A stretch of 64,000 nt of DNA from Mobula hypostoma (Eukaryota). Of this stretch, positions 13,735 to 27,555 are shown one piece after another. Where the stretch lies: contig NC_086097.1 of NCBI RefSeq assembly GCF_963921235.1, positions 74,340,001 through 74,404,000 on the forward strand, read 5' to 3'. Position 1 is the first letter of the stretch. Every line of letters starts with the position of its first letter. The notes under the pieces were generated by a model. That model saw only the letters and a program-made list of their open reading frames with translations. It searched no databases and was not told the DNA's origin. A program made the position numbers and the translations under genes.

Positions 13735-16330
13735 ATATAGATTATGGTACATTTCCAGGTTTTATGAACCTTCATGCAACATAACTGAAGGACTGCATTT
13801 TTAAAATTTTATTTATGATTGTATTAGTTTTCTGCAATGAAATTGCACTGAAGATGTGTTAAAACAAGTGTAAAAGAGAGAGTTTCTAACTGCATTTTCA
13901 CATTCCACATAGCAATTAATGTATTTTTTGTCTGGACAAATGTGTTTTACAATTGATTATTGACAATCAAATATTTAATTTTTAAAAATGCTTTTGCTCA
14001 AAAACAATGCAGCATGTAGCCTGAAAATTGGTGAAAATAGTTAATGATTTTCAATACCATGTAGGTACAATAGGTGTTTTAAATTTTACTCTAACCTGCT
14101 GCTATAGAATCTTGCATGTTGGTACATTTATTAAGTAAACTGTAATCCTTGCTCAGGAATGTCACAGGCAAAATGCTGAGTTAACAGCATAATGACAAGA
14201 AATTAATTGTATAAAGAGATTTTACATCTTATTTGCTTGGAGGCGTTACTTCAATAATTGTCGTTTTGTTTGCAAAATTTGTAGCAATATTTTAATATAT
14301 GGTTGAATTATAATGACAGCAACTAAAGTAGTGCAACTTATTCTTTCTCAGGCAACATTTTGTTGATAATAGTTACTACAAATACCTTTCAATTCAGAGC
14401 AACTATGTATTTAGTGTTAAACTCAGGGTACAAGATGCCCTCCAATTTTGTGCAAGTTATTTTCTAAATGGTGGCAGTGAATATCAGCGGATGCCGGGAG
14501 GCAGCCTGGAGAAGGTTGTTACCGGTTTACAGATCCATCTGCTGTGAATATTTGTTGTAGTGCGACACAGTGAAGTCAATCATAGTGTTGAAGTTTAGAG
14601 AAAGGCAGAATCCCAAATGTTTGTAAAATTTGAACTATTAATTGCACTCTGGCAGCGATAGTGAGTAGGCAGATCTGCTGAATTTTCCTAAACAAATTAG
14701 ATGTAAACTGAGTGAGAGGGCGCGGGGTCATCATATAAAGCCAGTAGCTGACAGGCATTGGGATCTCTGTGCATAGCACACAGAACAGATGTTCCCAAAG
14801 ATGCAGTGATTATTGCGCTGGTAATAAAAAAGCATCAGCTTACAGGCAGGGATAATGGATGCTGGTAACTAGGAACTGTTCCCAAAGGAGAAAATGACAG
14901 AAATCTGCTGTATCTCCAGATCACGGGGGTATAATTAAACGTCCAGTAACAGTTGTTAATAGGCTGCAAATAAAATTGGGGGAAATTTTTACACAACCTT
15001 TCCTTTGTCCTTTTTGAATGGCACAGGGACATTTGGAGGCGAAATTATGCAGTATTATATGATTACAGGCAAGCTGTTTTACCATGTTACCTAGTTTAAT
15101 TAGTGTAATAACGTAAATAAGATTACAATCTTAAATTTGTGCTGGCCTGCAGCCCATACCACAAATGAGATCACCAACAACATATTTCCACTAAAGGAAA
15201 CATCACTGCTCCAACAATGCATCTAACTAGTTCTGACCACTGTTCACCAGATTTAAATATCAAAATATTGCTCCAGGATTTAAGGACAATGGGAGAATAT
15301 CTGCTTCACACAATTACTTGGATGAAGTTAGATTTAAGGTTTGAAACATGGATCTACGATACTTTTGTCTGCACTGGATTTAAACATATCACTGAATTCC
15401 AAAGGACGTTTGACTCATTTGCTAAGAAATAATGCACTTGAATCAAGATTACGTTTGCTTCAGGACTGCTATAATGATGAAAGTGAGCAGGGTGGCAATT
15501 TGGAATTTTACACTTGGGTCACATATGCATTTATTCTGACTCAACAACACTTAGCACAACACAAGTAACAGTTATTTATTTTGCCTGAATAAGTCTTTTA
15601 ATTCTCAAGAGTGCAAACAGGGAATTTTCATTGAAATATTGTAATTACATTTGAATTAGCCTACTTCATAAGTCCATTTTATCTTTAAAAGGATGCTTTT
15701 TTTTGGTCATTCCTGTCATATCCAGAACTGAAGGAACTTTAAATTTCTGATGTTGAAACTTTAAAGAAATTTCTATTTGGCTTGTTATAGTCCAGCATGA
15801 CAATTCTGCGTAATTTACGGGCTGATCTGGTGAAACAACGCTGATAGTAAGGAACAGTCAAAGCATTGTTTGTGGTAAGCAAGCCTGTGAAAGTGTTAAG
15901 GGACTGATTAAACTGGCGAAGGTCAGTTACCAATTTTATGCTGTTGCTTTTTATGGGTTTTCCAGTTTCCTTACAGTTCGTATCATTCCTCTTAAATTGG
16001 GGCATAAAATAGGCCATGCTCAAAATCTCATAGCAGCTATTTTCAAAGATGACAAAACCCATAGAAGCATAAAAGGTGGCGTGAGTCATTAGATTTGGGA
16101 TTGTGTTGCAGAGAGAAGTGGAAGAACAGTGCAGGGCATGCTTCTGTGGTGCTGTTATATTGGCCTCAGGGTGATTCATCAGTGAATAACAGTGAAAAAA
16201 AAGTATTGCAGAACTTTGTGCTTTCTATTTCTATCTAGGCACATAAAGCTCCCAGGACTTAATGGTATAATTTCAAATACCCAGCCTTTGCTAATCGCTC
16301 TATCCAGAAAAATAATTGTATCTTTCTGGT

Positions 16331-18410
16331 TCATAAGACCATAAGATATAGGAGCAGAATTAGGCCTGTTGACCTATCGAGCCTTCTCTGCCATTTCATC
16401 ATGGCTGATCCATTTTGCCTCCCAGCCACAATTTTCTGTCTCATCCCCCACCCCTCCCCAGTATCCCTTCGTGCTCTGACAATCAAGAATCTATCAACCT
16501 CTGCTTTAGAATACCATACAGACTTGGCCTCCACTGCTGCCTGTGGCAACAAATTCCATAGATTCACCACTCTCTGGCTAAAGAAATTCCTCCTCATCTC
16601 CATTCTAAAAGTAACTCCCTCTATTCTGAGGCGGTGTCCTCGGGTTTAGACTTTCCCGTCATGGGAAATATCCTCTCAACATCCACTTTACCAAGGCCTT
16701 TCCCCATTCGATAGATTTCAGCCAGGTTACCCCTCATTCTTCTAAAATTCCAGTGAATTCAGGCCCAAAGCCATCAAACGTTTTTCATATGACAAGCCGT
16801 TTAATCCTGGAATCATTTTCGTGAACCTCCTTTCAACACTCTCCAGTTTCAGCACAACCTTTCTAAGATAAGGGGCTCGAATCAACTCACAATATTCCAA
16901 GTGAGTGCTTTATAAAGTCTTAACATTATATCCTTAATTTCATATTCAATCCTGTTGAAATGAATGTCATCATTGCACTTGCCTTGCTCAACACAGTCTC
17001 AACCTGCAAATTAACCTTAAGGGAATCCTGCACAAAGACTCCCAAATCCCCTTGTGCCTCAGATTTTTGCATTTTCTCTTCATTTAGAAAATAGATTAAT
17101 TTCTTCTCCCAAAATGCTTGACCATACACTTCCCAATTTCCCAACTTCCCAAGACTGTATTCCATCTGCCCATTCTCCAAGTTTGCCTAGGTCCTTCTGT
17201 AACCTCCCTATTTTGTCAAAACTATCTTCTCCTCCATCTATCTTTGTATCATCTGCAGATTTTGCAACAAATTCATCAATTCCATCATCCAAATCATTGA
17301 TGTATAATGTAAAAATTTGTCCCAACTCAGACCCCTGTGGAACACCACTAGTCACCAGCAGCCAACCAGAAAAAGCTCCCTTTATTCATAGTCTTTGCTT
17401 CCACCCAATCAGCCGCTGCTTTATCCATGCTAGAATCTTTCCTGTAATACTATAGGCTCATAGTTTGTTAAGCAGCTCATGTCTAGCACCTTGTCAAAGG
17501 CCTACTGAAAATCCAAGTGCACAACATCAACCAATTAACCTTTGTCTATCTGGCTTGTTATTTCTTCAAGGAATTCCAACAGATTTGTCAGACAAGATTT
17601 TCCCTTGAGGAAACAATGCTGACTATAGCCTATTTTATCATGTTCCTCCTAGTATCCCAAAACCATATCCTTAACAATTGACTCCAACATCTTCCCAACC
17701 ACTGACATCAAACTAATTGGCCTATAATTTCCTTTCTTCTGCCTCTTTCCATTCTTGAAGAGTGGAGTGACATTTTCAATTTTCCAGTCTTCTGCTACCA
17801 TTCCAGAATCTAGTAAATCTTGACAGATCATGACTAATGCCTCCACAATCTCTTCAACCGCCTCTTTCAGAACCCTGGGGTGTATACCATCTGGTGAAGG
17901 TGACTTATCTAACTTCAAACCTTTCAGTTTCCCAAGATCCTTCTCTCTAATTATGGTAACTGCACAAACCTCATGGCCCTTGACTCCTGCAACTTCTACC
18001 ATACTGCCTGTGTCTTCCGCAGTGACGACTGATTCAGAATACTTATTCAGTTCTTCTGCCATTTCCTTGTTCCCCATTACTAACCCTCCAGCATCGTTTT
18101 CCAGTGGTCTGATATCCACTCTCTCCTCTCTTTTACACTTTATGTATCTGAAGAAACTTCTGGTATCTTCTTTAATATTCTTAACTAGCTTTCTTTGTAT
18201 TCCATTTTTATCTTCTTAATGACTTTTTGGTTGCCTTCTGTCGGTTTTTAAAAGCTTCTCAATCCTCTGACTTACCACTAATTTTTGCTCTATTATGTGC
18301 TCTCTCTTCGGCTTTTATGTTGGCTTTGACTTCCCTTGTTGGCCATGGTTGTGTCATCTTGCCTTTAGAATATTTCTCCTCTTGGGGATGTATATATCCT
18401 GTGTCTTCCA
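16331..18410 (-). mobile_element. 5'-truncated, decayed CR1 LINE (~2.1 kb)
   Basis: Minus ORFs with KSPSPDGIHPRVLKE, NYRPISL, SGVPQGS, SADDTK, FFSQRVVNLWN; cataaga-type tail at 16331. Confidence 0.95.
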
Positions 18411-18939
18411 AAATGCTTCTGTTCTCAACAGATGCAGTTTGACCTGTTCTGTCTCCACCATTTTCTGTTTTCATTTTGGATTTCCAGTAACTACAATTTT
18501 TTTTGTTCGGTTTACATTTCTCTCTCCATCATGTGGCCCACCCAGAACAAAGAAAGTAGGCTTAAAGGAAAGAAAAGTTAGAAAAGGCTTGATATAGGAA
18601 ATCTGTCCATTCGTCCCTGTGTCAAAGATTAGGAGGCAGGGGGAAAATGACAAGGAAGTTGAATTGAATATTCAGTGATAAATACTGCCAAAGAGCTGTT
18701 GCACGTATAAACTTTACAAAAAGAAAATGTATTTCTTGGGATACTTTAAGTGGAATAAGATTGTGATGGTATTAGAAATGTACAAAAATAAATACCACTA
18801 AAATAGACAGTATCTGAATTTTGTTGCCTATCAGACACCCAAGACCCATACAGCAGACAGTTATTCATGTGCTAATTATTGGCTACAATAATATGCGCTG
18901 TAATGATTAAATTATTGAACTAGCTGTTCTGGTTCCAAA

Positions 18940-19278
18940 CCATTGGTTCCAAAATATGAGTTCAAATTCCACCATCACAGCAGATGAAGTTAATATAATT
19001 CATCTGGAATTTAATAAATCTGGAATTCTGTTTTTTTTTAATACTAGCTCATCTCAGTTAAATTAATGGTGAAACCTCTGGAATCTTGTAAAAATTTGTC
19101 TGGTTCACTAATGTCCTTTGGGGAAGGAAATATGCTGCTCTTGCCTTGTCTGGTCTTTATGATCCAAATCCACAAATGTGGTTGATTTTTCATAACCCCC
19201 TCACTCAGGGCCCATACAGATAGATAATAAATGCCAACTTTGCCAAATTCCCACATTCCCTAGAACAAATAAAAAAAT
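18940..19278 (+). mobile_element. Old SINE whose 3' tail resembles the LINE end at 2140-2220
   Basis: B-box-like gagttcaaattcc; central ctggttcactaatgtcctttggggaagg; tail ataaatgcc...cccacattccc followed by an A-rich end. Confidence 0.55.
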
Positions 19279-20000
19279 CTCAGGACTCAATTGTCTTGTC
19301 ATATTGTAAAATACTTCCTGCCCTCTCACTTAGCAACTTAGAAACCTATATTAAGCTCCCTGCTGTCTCCTTAAAGAGCATTTATGGTAGTTCCTTATAA
19401 CTCAAAGCATTAACATGAAGGATTATGCTTTGATGCCCTTCTCCGCTCTACTTCCAGGCTGATACAGTTCCCTCATGTCTCATGGACTAACTGAATATAG
19501 TATCCAAGGTGCAGTTCTCTCAGTTTTCTATGAAGGTTCAGCATAAAGGCTTTCAACTTAACTGCACTAAACTGGAAATAAACCTAAAGATCATGTTGGT
19601 TTAACTAATTGCTCCTTTGCCACAATTAGAAAAGGTTGGTCCTAGACCCCTAGAATGCCAATGTGAAGTGGTGGCTGAGAGTATTGTGAGATTGCATAGC
19701 TCAATCCGGGAAATGTGTGTTAGTGATACTTTGGAGATCTTTGCACTATTCACTGGGATTCTTCACTCAGTACTTCAACATGGCCTAAGTTTGCTCTTCT
19801 GACAAGTCTTTTCTTTACTTCTTTCAGCTGCTTCCTTATCCATCCTCAAACATTATGAATGTTTAAAATTCTGAAGTAATCCCACTGGAAAACTTCATTA
19901 AACAATTTAGAAGAAGATCCAATCTCATTATTATGTGTTGTTTCTGATGGAAATGCTGTTTTTCTTCTAAGTATAAATTAAATACCAGCAATGATGCACA

Positions 20001-21289
20001 TGCCATAAGCCCTGTGGTTTGTCATAGAGTGTTGAGCTTCTAGAGTTTTTGTGTACCTGTATTTACTAATCAATATCTTAACTAAAGTTGTTAAGTCCTT
20101 GTATTTTTGGTTTAATCTTGTCATGTTATTTGTGGCTGGCACCTGTTTCCCGCATTCTATGATTATTAAAGAGTACCCTCATTCAATGCCTTAATTGGAG
20201 TCATTGTGTCAGAGAGAATGAATTTTCTCATGGTATTGCTCAGTCACTCCTCTGAGGCTCTATTGGTATTCCAATGTCTAACCTCTTGTTTTCATCTCTT
20301 CCTGGGGATCTTGCCGTTTCTCTGCTCCTGGTTTGAGTTGTGAGCCTACTGTCCACAGCTCCTGGGTTAAGTAGGTGCCAGCAACAGTGAAAGCCCGCCA
20401 TTCTTCCGTACCTGGGTCCAGACCTTCGTGAGCGCACCATGACAGAATGCCCTCATCCACCTATGGACTTGGGGAGGCTCTGAGCTTCTCCAGTCTATGT
20501 TCAAGATTTTTTCTGAGGTTCTCTGGGTTAACAAGGTTTGTAAGGTTTCCCATGTTATGCTTTCTTTTCCATGTCAAATGCAATGTTTCTGAGTTAAATG
20601 CAATGTTTCCGAGCCAACTGTATTGTTTCTGAGTTAGGACCCAGGAGCATCAGAGCTGTTCTGGATTTCTCAGCACTGCCTTAAGCTCCAGGTCTGCCTT
20701 GTGTTTTTTTTCAAACCTACCACAAGAGCTCCAGATCTGTTCCACATTTTCCAGCCTGCTCCAAGCGATCTACCTCATGTTTTTTCAGATCTGCCTCGGG
20801 AGCACCAGAGCTGTTCCCAATTTTCCAGCGTTGCCTCAAGCTTGAGGTCTACCTTGTGTTTTTCAGATCTGCCTTGGGAGTTCCCTGGGCCATCAGGTGT
20901 TGGCCTTATGGGGGGGGAGGGTGCGGGGAGGAACTGTCATGAGCTATGTGGCTTGCCATAGAGTGTTGAGCTTCTAGAGTTTTTGAGCACCTGTATTTGT
21001 TAATCTTAACTGGAATTGTTGAGTCTTTGTGTTTTCAGTTTAGTCTTGTCAAGTTAACTGTGGCTGATACACATTGCCCACATTCTATGATTATTTAAAG
21101 AGGGCTCTCATTCAGTGCCTTAATTGGGGTCATTGTATCAGAGAGAATGAATTGTCTCATGGTGTTGCTCAGCCACTCCTCCGAGGTTCTATTGGTATTC
21201 CAATGTCTAATATCTCGTTTTCATCTCTTCCTGGGGATCCTGCCATTCCTCCACACCTGGGTCCAATCCTTCATGAGCCCATCATGACA
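20001..21289 (+). mobile_element. TRIM-like non-autonomous LTR element (LTRs 20001-20444 and 20935-21289)
   Basis: Two direct repeats ending catgaca; purine tract ggggggagggtgcggggaggaac immediately before the 3' LTR; ~490-bp non-coding internal region. Confidence 0.85.
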
Positions 21290-23389
21290 GTAGAAGTAAA
21301 ATAGGAATCAAAACCCTGGATCTATGCTTATAAAGTGCAGGAGGAATGCTAATGTGATGACTATCCACAAACTGCTTCCAAACAAATATCGTTGTGGTGG
21401 ACAAATCATTTTGTGTCCTTAAAGGTGTATTGTGAAGAGCACTCTATTCCCAAGAAAGTTTGCAACAATCACCAAAACTCTTACTGAGATACTACTTATT
21501 CATTGGCAAGATCGCCTCCCACAGGGAGGCAATGTGAACAAGGAAAACAGCTTCTTGAACCTTACTCCCATTAAATTGAATTATGATTGATCTGAACTGT
21601 TATTTACCCATACATGACAAAAATTATTTGCACATAGCCTTCAAAACTTTGCTTGTCATGGTACTCACAGCAGTAGAACTCCCAGCTTTTACCATCTTTG
21701 TGCTAATTAATGTTCAGTTAGACTATTGGAGAAAAAGCCCAAGTTCAACTACCTCGACCAAAAAAAATTGCACATAACTCTATTATACAAAATACCACTG
21801 AGTGAGTTCCAATTGTTGTCAGTTCAAAATGCAAGTATTATTGATGATACAATAAAGGAATTTTATTACGCCTATACCCTACTGAACATTGTTAAGCTTT
21901 TGCCAAGTTGTTATTCAGCTATCATAAAGCTATTGCCAGATTGATCTTGCCAGCAGTCATCATGCATCACAGAAATTCCTTGTCAGATATTGTCAAAGAG
22001 ATGGAAGCAGTGCACTGTAATTGCTGTATTTTGTCAACATAATGACCAGATGTTACAAACCACTGTCAGTTGCAAAGCTCTGCTTTACTAAGGGCAATTT
22101 GCATGGCTTATCCTTGAGAAACTTATTTTGTACTAAATTATCTCAACTCTTTATCTTCTTTTACTCAGGTAGGAATATTGTGCTGTTCTTCATTGTCTTT
22201 TTATTGATCATATCAACCCAATGAAGGACATATAGACCATACAAAGTTTTCAACTTTATACCAGATGGAAGAATTGTTAATTTCATATCACCATCAAGTA
22301 ACCAGTGTGTGCCATGCTTAGTCTATCAGATAACTATATGATTAGTTATTGACAATGAATCTTGCCACTCTGCAGATAATGTTAGAACACTTTTAATATT
22401 CATCTTGTGTAGACGTCCATTGAGGTTGGTTTGAAACTGCTATCCTCTTCCTTTGTGAAGTTCTTCTGAGAAATGCTAACTGTTCTAGTAAGCTTTGAGG
22501 GCCTATTGGCCATTAAGGTGTACTATATGTAAGTCTAAACAAAAGCAAGACTTGTTTCACTGTGTTGGTTAATCTTCTCCAAATATTAGGATTAATTTAA
22601 ATATTCCCTGCATCACAGTATCCCACAATTCATCTGTCAGGCAGTATAATGGGTTACGAGATGTGTGCAATTTCAGTAACTAAAGTGAGATTTTATAGTA
22701 GTCCTACCCAACAAGACTATTGCATCAACCAGCCTATAGCCACAGGAGAAGGGCTTTCCCCCGGCATCAATCAGAGTTGGTAATCCTATCTGTGGTTGTG
22801 AGAATAGCCTGGATGGGAGTCTAAAGCATCACCTTCTGATTCTGAACAAGGGGGCTACTACGAACCAAAGCTCATATCGTACAAAAGGAATGTGGTAAAA
22901 GCTTGATCGTCTCCCTACTTCTATTGATGCTGCCTGACTTGCTGAGTTCCTCCAGCATCAGCAATCTCTTGGTCGGTTACCTGGGAGGCTCACAGGTCTC
23001 ACCCAGATAGGCAGAGCCTTACTCTAATAATTAACAAACTCCAGAAAGCACAATCCCACAATATCTCTGGGTCCTACTGTGTTCTTTCCTCCCTTCTTCT
23101 TACCGGATCCGTTTTAGACCCTCCCTGGAGATCATGTGAAGGAGATTCGCATTGACCTATGATTTTGAACTTTATTTTTTACTCACTCGGTTGCTTCTTT
23201 CTGCTACTCCACAGGTTTTTCTCTTGCTCGTCATCTGTTCTGGTCTTTGCTTTATTCTTGTCACATGTACCAAGATATAGTGAAAAACTTGTCTTGCACA
23301 CTGATTATACAAATCAAATCATTACACGGTGTATTGAGCTGGAATAAAATACAACAATAACAGCGCAGAATAAATAAATATATTTATTT

Positions 23390-23668
23390 ATTTATTGAGA
23401 TTCAGCACAGAATAGGCCCTTCTGGTCTTTTGAGGTATGCTGGCCATTAAACTCCCTGATTTAATTCCAGCCTGATCACAGGGCAATTTACAGTGACCAG
23501 TTAACCTACCAACAGAATGTCTTTGGATTATGCTAGAAAACTGGAGCACTCGGAGGAAACCCAGGTGGTCACAGGGAGAACGTACAAACTCCTTACACCA
23601 GCAGGAATTGAACCTGTGTCACTGGTACTATAAAGCATTGTGCTAACCACTACACCACTATGCTGCCC
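23390..23668 (-). mobile_element. V-SINE-type tRNA SINE
   Basis: Reverse complement of the core (ctggagcactcggaggaaaccc) and head (gctaaccactacaccac); (ttta)n tail. Confidence 0.8.
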
Positions 23669-23744
23669 AATTTAAGATGTAAGTTGTACTGAAAAACTGC
23701 AATACAGGTAAACGATAAAATGCAAGATCATAACACACATTTCG

Positions 23745-24720
23745 ACCTTCAAATACAACATCCAGTCTAGGGTAAAATTTCTCTGGCATTGTTCCTGATG
23801 ACATTATCGCCAACAGGATATAATGGATGGTGCATGGCCACAGGTTGAACACAAGCACCCCTCATAAGGGTTTTCATGAGAAGAGCCAATCTTCACATCC
23901 AGATCACTAAAAAAAATTGTCTCCTTATGTCTGCTCTCATCTTCAATGTGCCTCCCCTTCATAATTCCATCGTTATTTCTTGGCTTTTGGCAAATTCTCA
24001 GCTTTGCACCCGATTTCTCGATGCATGCCCAGTTGGATACCCAAGAGGTAGGAATGTTTTCTGGGGCTGCCTTAATTTGTCTCTCCAATTCAGCTTTGAG
24101 CCCCTCTTTGAGAGAGAATGGAAGAAATCTTTTCGATATGCTTCAGCTCTCCTTGGACAAGATGCTTATATGCCTTTGACATTTCCTGTCCATGAAAATC
24201 TGTAGTGCCCCCATCCCTCTTTAAGATACAGGAGGATAACCAGTAAATTCATCAAACTAATAAAGCACTTGGTTACCTAAAGAACTTCTTGGGAGCTGAG
24301 ACTGCAGATTTACTGAGAACTTCTTCTACCAGAAGAACTTCCTCTACACTGAAGCAATCATCATGGCGTCCCCATATCTATCTACCTCCTGGACATTACT
24401 ATGCCTAAGTATAGATGTGGAACCTTTACGGTTTACTTTGATGAAATCAACATCATCTGCCTTCTGATTCTTCAGGTTCACAGTCTTCAAAGAAAATCTT
24501 CCAGCCAGCCACTTGACCAAATGTTTTCTACATCCATTGCAAATGATCGATTTGTTTGAACTGCCGTATCTCAGGATTAAAGGTTTACTTCAGGAAGACA
24601 TTGCACATTGTGCCAGAATCATGGTGAAATGGCTCTGATTACCCTTGCAGCAACATCTTGGCAAAGGTATTCTGAGTATGAGTTCCTTCCATAGAACTGA
24701 TTCAGAATGTTTAACTCTTC
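23745..24720 (-). mobile_element. Possible decayed DIRS tyrosine-recombinase remnant
   Basis: Minus-strand fragments IRAIS, HLVKWLAG, KVPHLYLGIV and EKFYPRLDVVFEGRNV occur in the order recalled for DIRS YR; many disruptions. Confidence 0.35.
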
Positions 24721-24754
24721 CTCAAAATCTGTCCTGCACACCATCCCTGATTGG

Positions 24755-25057
24755 CTCAGATACAGGAGCAGAATTAGGCCATTTGACCAATTGAGTTTGC
24801 TTCACCATTTCATCATGACTGATCTATTTTTTCCTCTCAACCCTAGTCTCCTTACTTCTCCCTGTATTTCTTCATGGCCAATCAAGAATCTATCAACCTC
24901 TGCCTAAAACATATATAAGTACGTGGCCTCCACAGCTGGCTGTGGCAACGAATTCCACAGATTCACCACTCTCTGGCAAAAGAAATTCCTCCTCATCTCT
25001 GTTCTAAAAGGACACCCCAGTATTCTGAGGCTGTGTCCTCTGGTCCTAGACTCTCCA
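24755..25057 (-). mobile_element. CR1 3' fragment
   Basis: Closely similar to 16340-16660. Confidence 0.85.
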
Positions 25058-25814
25058 TATTTTCTGCTCCAGATTATCAATGTGTGTTTCGCTATGCACT
25101 GTTGTAGAAAGAATTTCTACAATACACCGTGTTAGTTTTGTCCAAGCTGGTGAGTATTCAAAAGCTGCTCCCAGCAAATCCAATCTTTGCTGCTTATATT
25201 GCAGATTGCAAATTCAAATACCTTGTCTATACGTTTCATATTCTGTCTTTCATTTTATGCTTCACTACACGTTACCTCTATGGTGGCAATCCAACACCTC
25301 CAGCCTGGTCTTGGACTGCTCTGTGACTTTACATATTTGTTTTTGCCTCTCTGACTCCTATAGTGACTGTTCCTTCAGGCTAGATGCCCAGATCCCACAA
25401 ATAATCTAATCAGGGATGAGCAAATCCTTCAAATCTGTGAAGCTGTAATTGTCTGCTGATAAGGTCAACTCCACTACGAAAATGGCAAAGTATTTCACTG
25501 TTTCTGATTGTGTGTAAAGAATTAATAACGGTTGACTATATTGCAAGAAAATGAAGCCCAAGGTAGTATATGGTGCCATGTTTGTATACTGATTGTAAAT
25601 TTACTTTGAGTTTTGAACTGTTTCATTTGAGCCAGGAGATTACATCATATATGATTTGTTTACCAATGTCTCATTTGAGGGATGAAATAATGGATCAATT
25701 CTTTCGCAATGAGAACAATGAGATACAATCACATCGTTACTTCAGTCTGCAGCAGTTCATCTGTCACAGCCAGCTCAAGATAAAGTGTAAATTCTTTTCT
25801 TTGTTATTTCTGGC

Positions 25815-25936
25815 ATCATCCCCCTTCCATTCCAGTCCTGATGAAATGCCTTGGCCCAAACTGTCGACTGTTTATTCACTTCGATAGATGCTGCCTGACC
25901 TGCTGAGTTCCTCCAGCATGTTGCGTGTGTTGCTCC
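25815..25936 (+). mobile_element. Penelope terminal-repeat fragment with degenerate hammerhead
   Basis: cagtcctgatgaaatgccttggcccaaactgtcgactg...gatgctgcctgacctgctgagttcctccagc matches 46450-46555. Confidence 0.8.
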
Positions 25937-26027
25937 ATGGTTTAATCAATGTATTTGTCTTTGAATCCAGTAGCTCAGGTCAATTAATTGAAGATAAAGG
26001 TTAAAGATTAGTTTTATTTCTCACATG

Positions 26028-26276
26028 AGGCAGCTATGAGGCCAGGTCATTGGGTGTATTTAAGGCAGAGCTTGATAGGTTCTTGATTGGGCATAACGTC
26101 AAAGGTTATGGAGAGAAAGCCGTGAAGTGGGGTTGAGGAAGGGGAAGAAAGATCAGCCAATTTTGCTCCTATATCTTATAGTCTATAGTCTATGATTGAA
26201 TTGAGGAGCAGACTTGATGGGCCAAATGGCTAATTCTGCTCCTCTATCTTATGGTCTTATGTCTTATGCCTTAAGA
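26028..26276 (+). mobile_element. Short CR1 3' fragment inserted at the tail of a SINE
   Basis: CR1 3' UTR with (tcttatg)n tail, flanked by a 26-bp near-duplicate (26002-26027, 26277-26302). Confidence 0.75.
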
Positions 26277-27555
26277 TAAAGATTAGCTTTATTTCTCACA
26301 TGTCCATTGAAACATCAAGTGAAATATGCCTTCTGCATCAAATCAAGTCAGTGAGGATTGTGCTGGGCAGCCTGCAAGTATTGTCATGCTAAGGACACAA
26401 ACATAGCATGCCCAAAACTCGCTGACCCTAACCATATGTGTTTGGAAAGGGGGAGGGGAACCAGAGCATTATGCTGACTGCTGTGTTACTGCTAATCCAT
26501 TCTCCGTGATTATCCACAAGTTAGCCCATTTGGGAAGGATCACAACCGTCCTTTGTGATTTGGAGCAGTGAATTTAAATTTCAAATCTTCATCAGTTATC
26601 ATTTTGACACTGTATCTCGGCATTTTTCCAAATCCCTATTCCAAATAATGAAGGACAGCCAGTCAATAAAACAAACAAATAACTTGCAGGAAGCAGGACA
26701 TTTCTACTGTAATCTTGCATGATAGAGGCAAACTGACTTCTGGAATCTTCTGTACTAGGCATTGTTACAACATATCACATGGTACAATGATTTAAAGTGG
26801 GACTCACTCTGTATTACAAATTCTCAAGTGTTACAGACACCATTCATTTTTAGGTTGACAAATCCATTCAATACTGTATACTGAAATTCCGAAAAATGGA
26901 GGCCAAAAGCAAATATTCTTACAGTCAGGAACACAATCATACCTGGAAGTCATCAAATTAAACTACAGTTGCCAAACAAGTGGCGCATTCTTACTAATGG
27001 CCTGGAGCTTCTAGATGTAGACCAAGCCTGAGAAGGAATGCAAGTTGTATGCATTTATCTGTGGGGATAACACAGCCATGAAGCTGGCCAGTCAGAGAAG
27101 TTCTAAGGCAGACTTAAGATCCTGCACACATGGGTTGGATGCTGAATATTTAATCAAATTCCTGGCACAAATGTCAAACAATTTGATGATATAAACTAAT
27201 TGGGTGTACAGTCCCATAATAAATCAGATAGAATCGACTCCAATTACCTGAGATCCTCAGACAATGAATGACTTAATTAAATGCTACAGCCTTTCATAAT
27301 TTTGCAAGTGGTAGTATTGGTTTTACAAATTGTATTATAATAGCCAGTATTGCTTGAAGCTGCCTTTATATAGATTTAAAATGTTATATTCTGTGGAGAA
27401 AATTAGCCTGGGTAGAACAGTACAATGGATTTCCATTTCAGAGTCTGCCTCATGGCTTTCAATTGGGGTAAATTTAAGATATTCTCCCTGCACAATACCA
27501 TAAACCAGTAAAACAATGTGAGCAAAAGTAACATTTTTTCTGATCACGCTTGAAT

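Noticed and set aside
15739..16179. 146-aa ORF as a host gene
   Set aside because: No recognisable domain or supporting splice structure.
19996..21294. TSD for the TRIM-like element
   Set aside because: Flanks gcaca and gtaga match at only 3 of 5 positions; not accepted as evidence.
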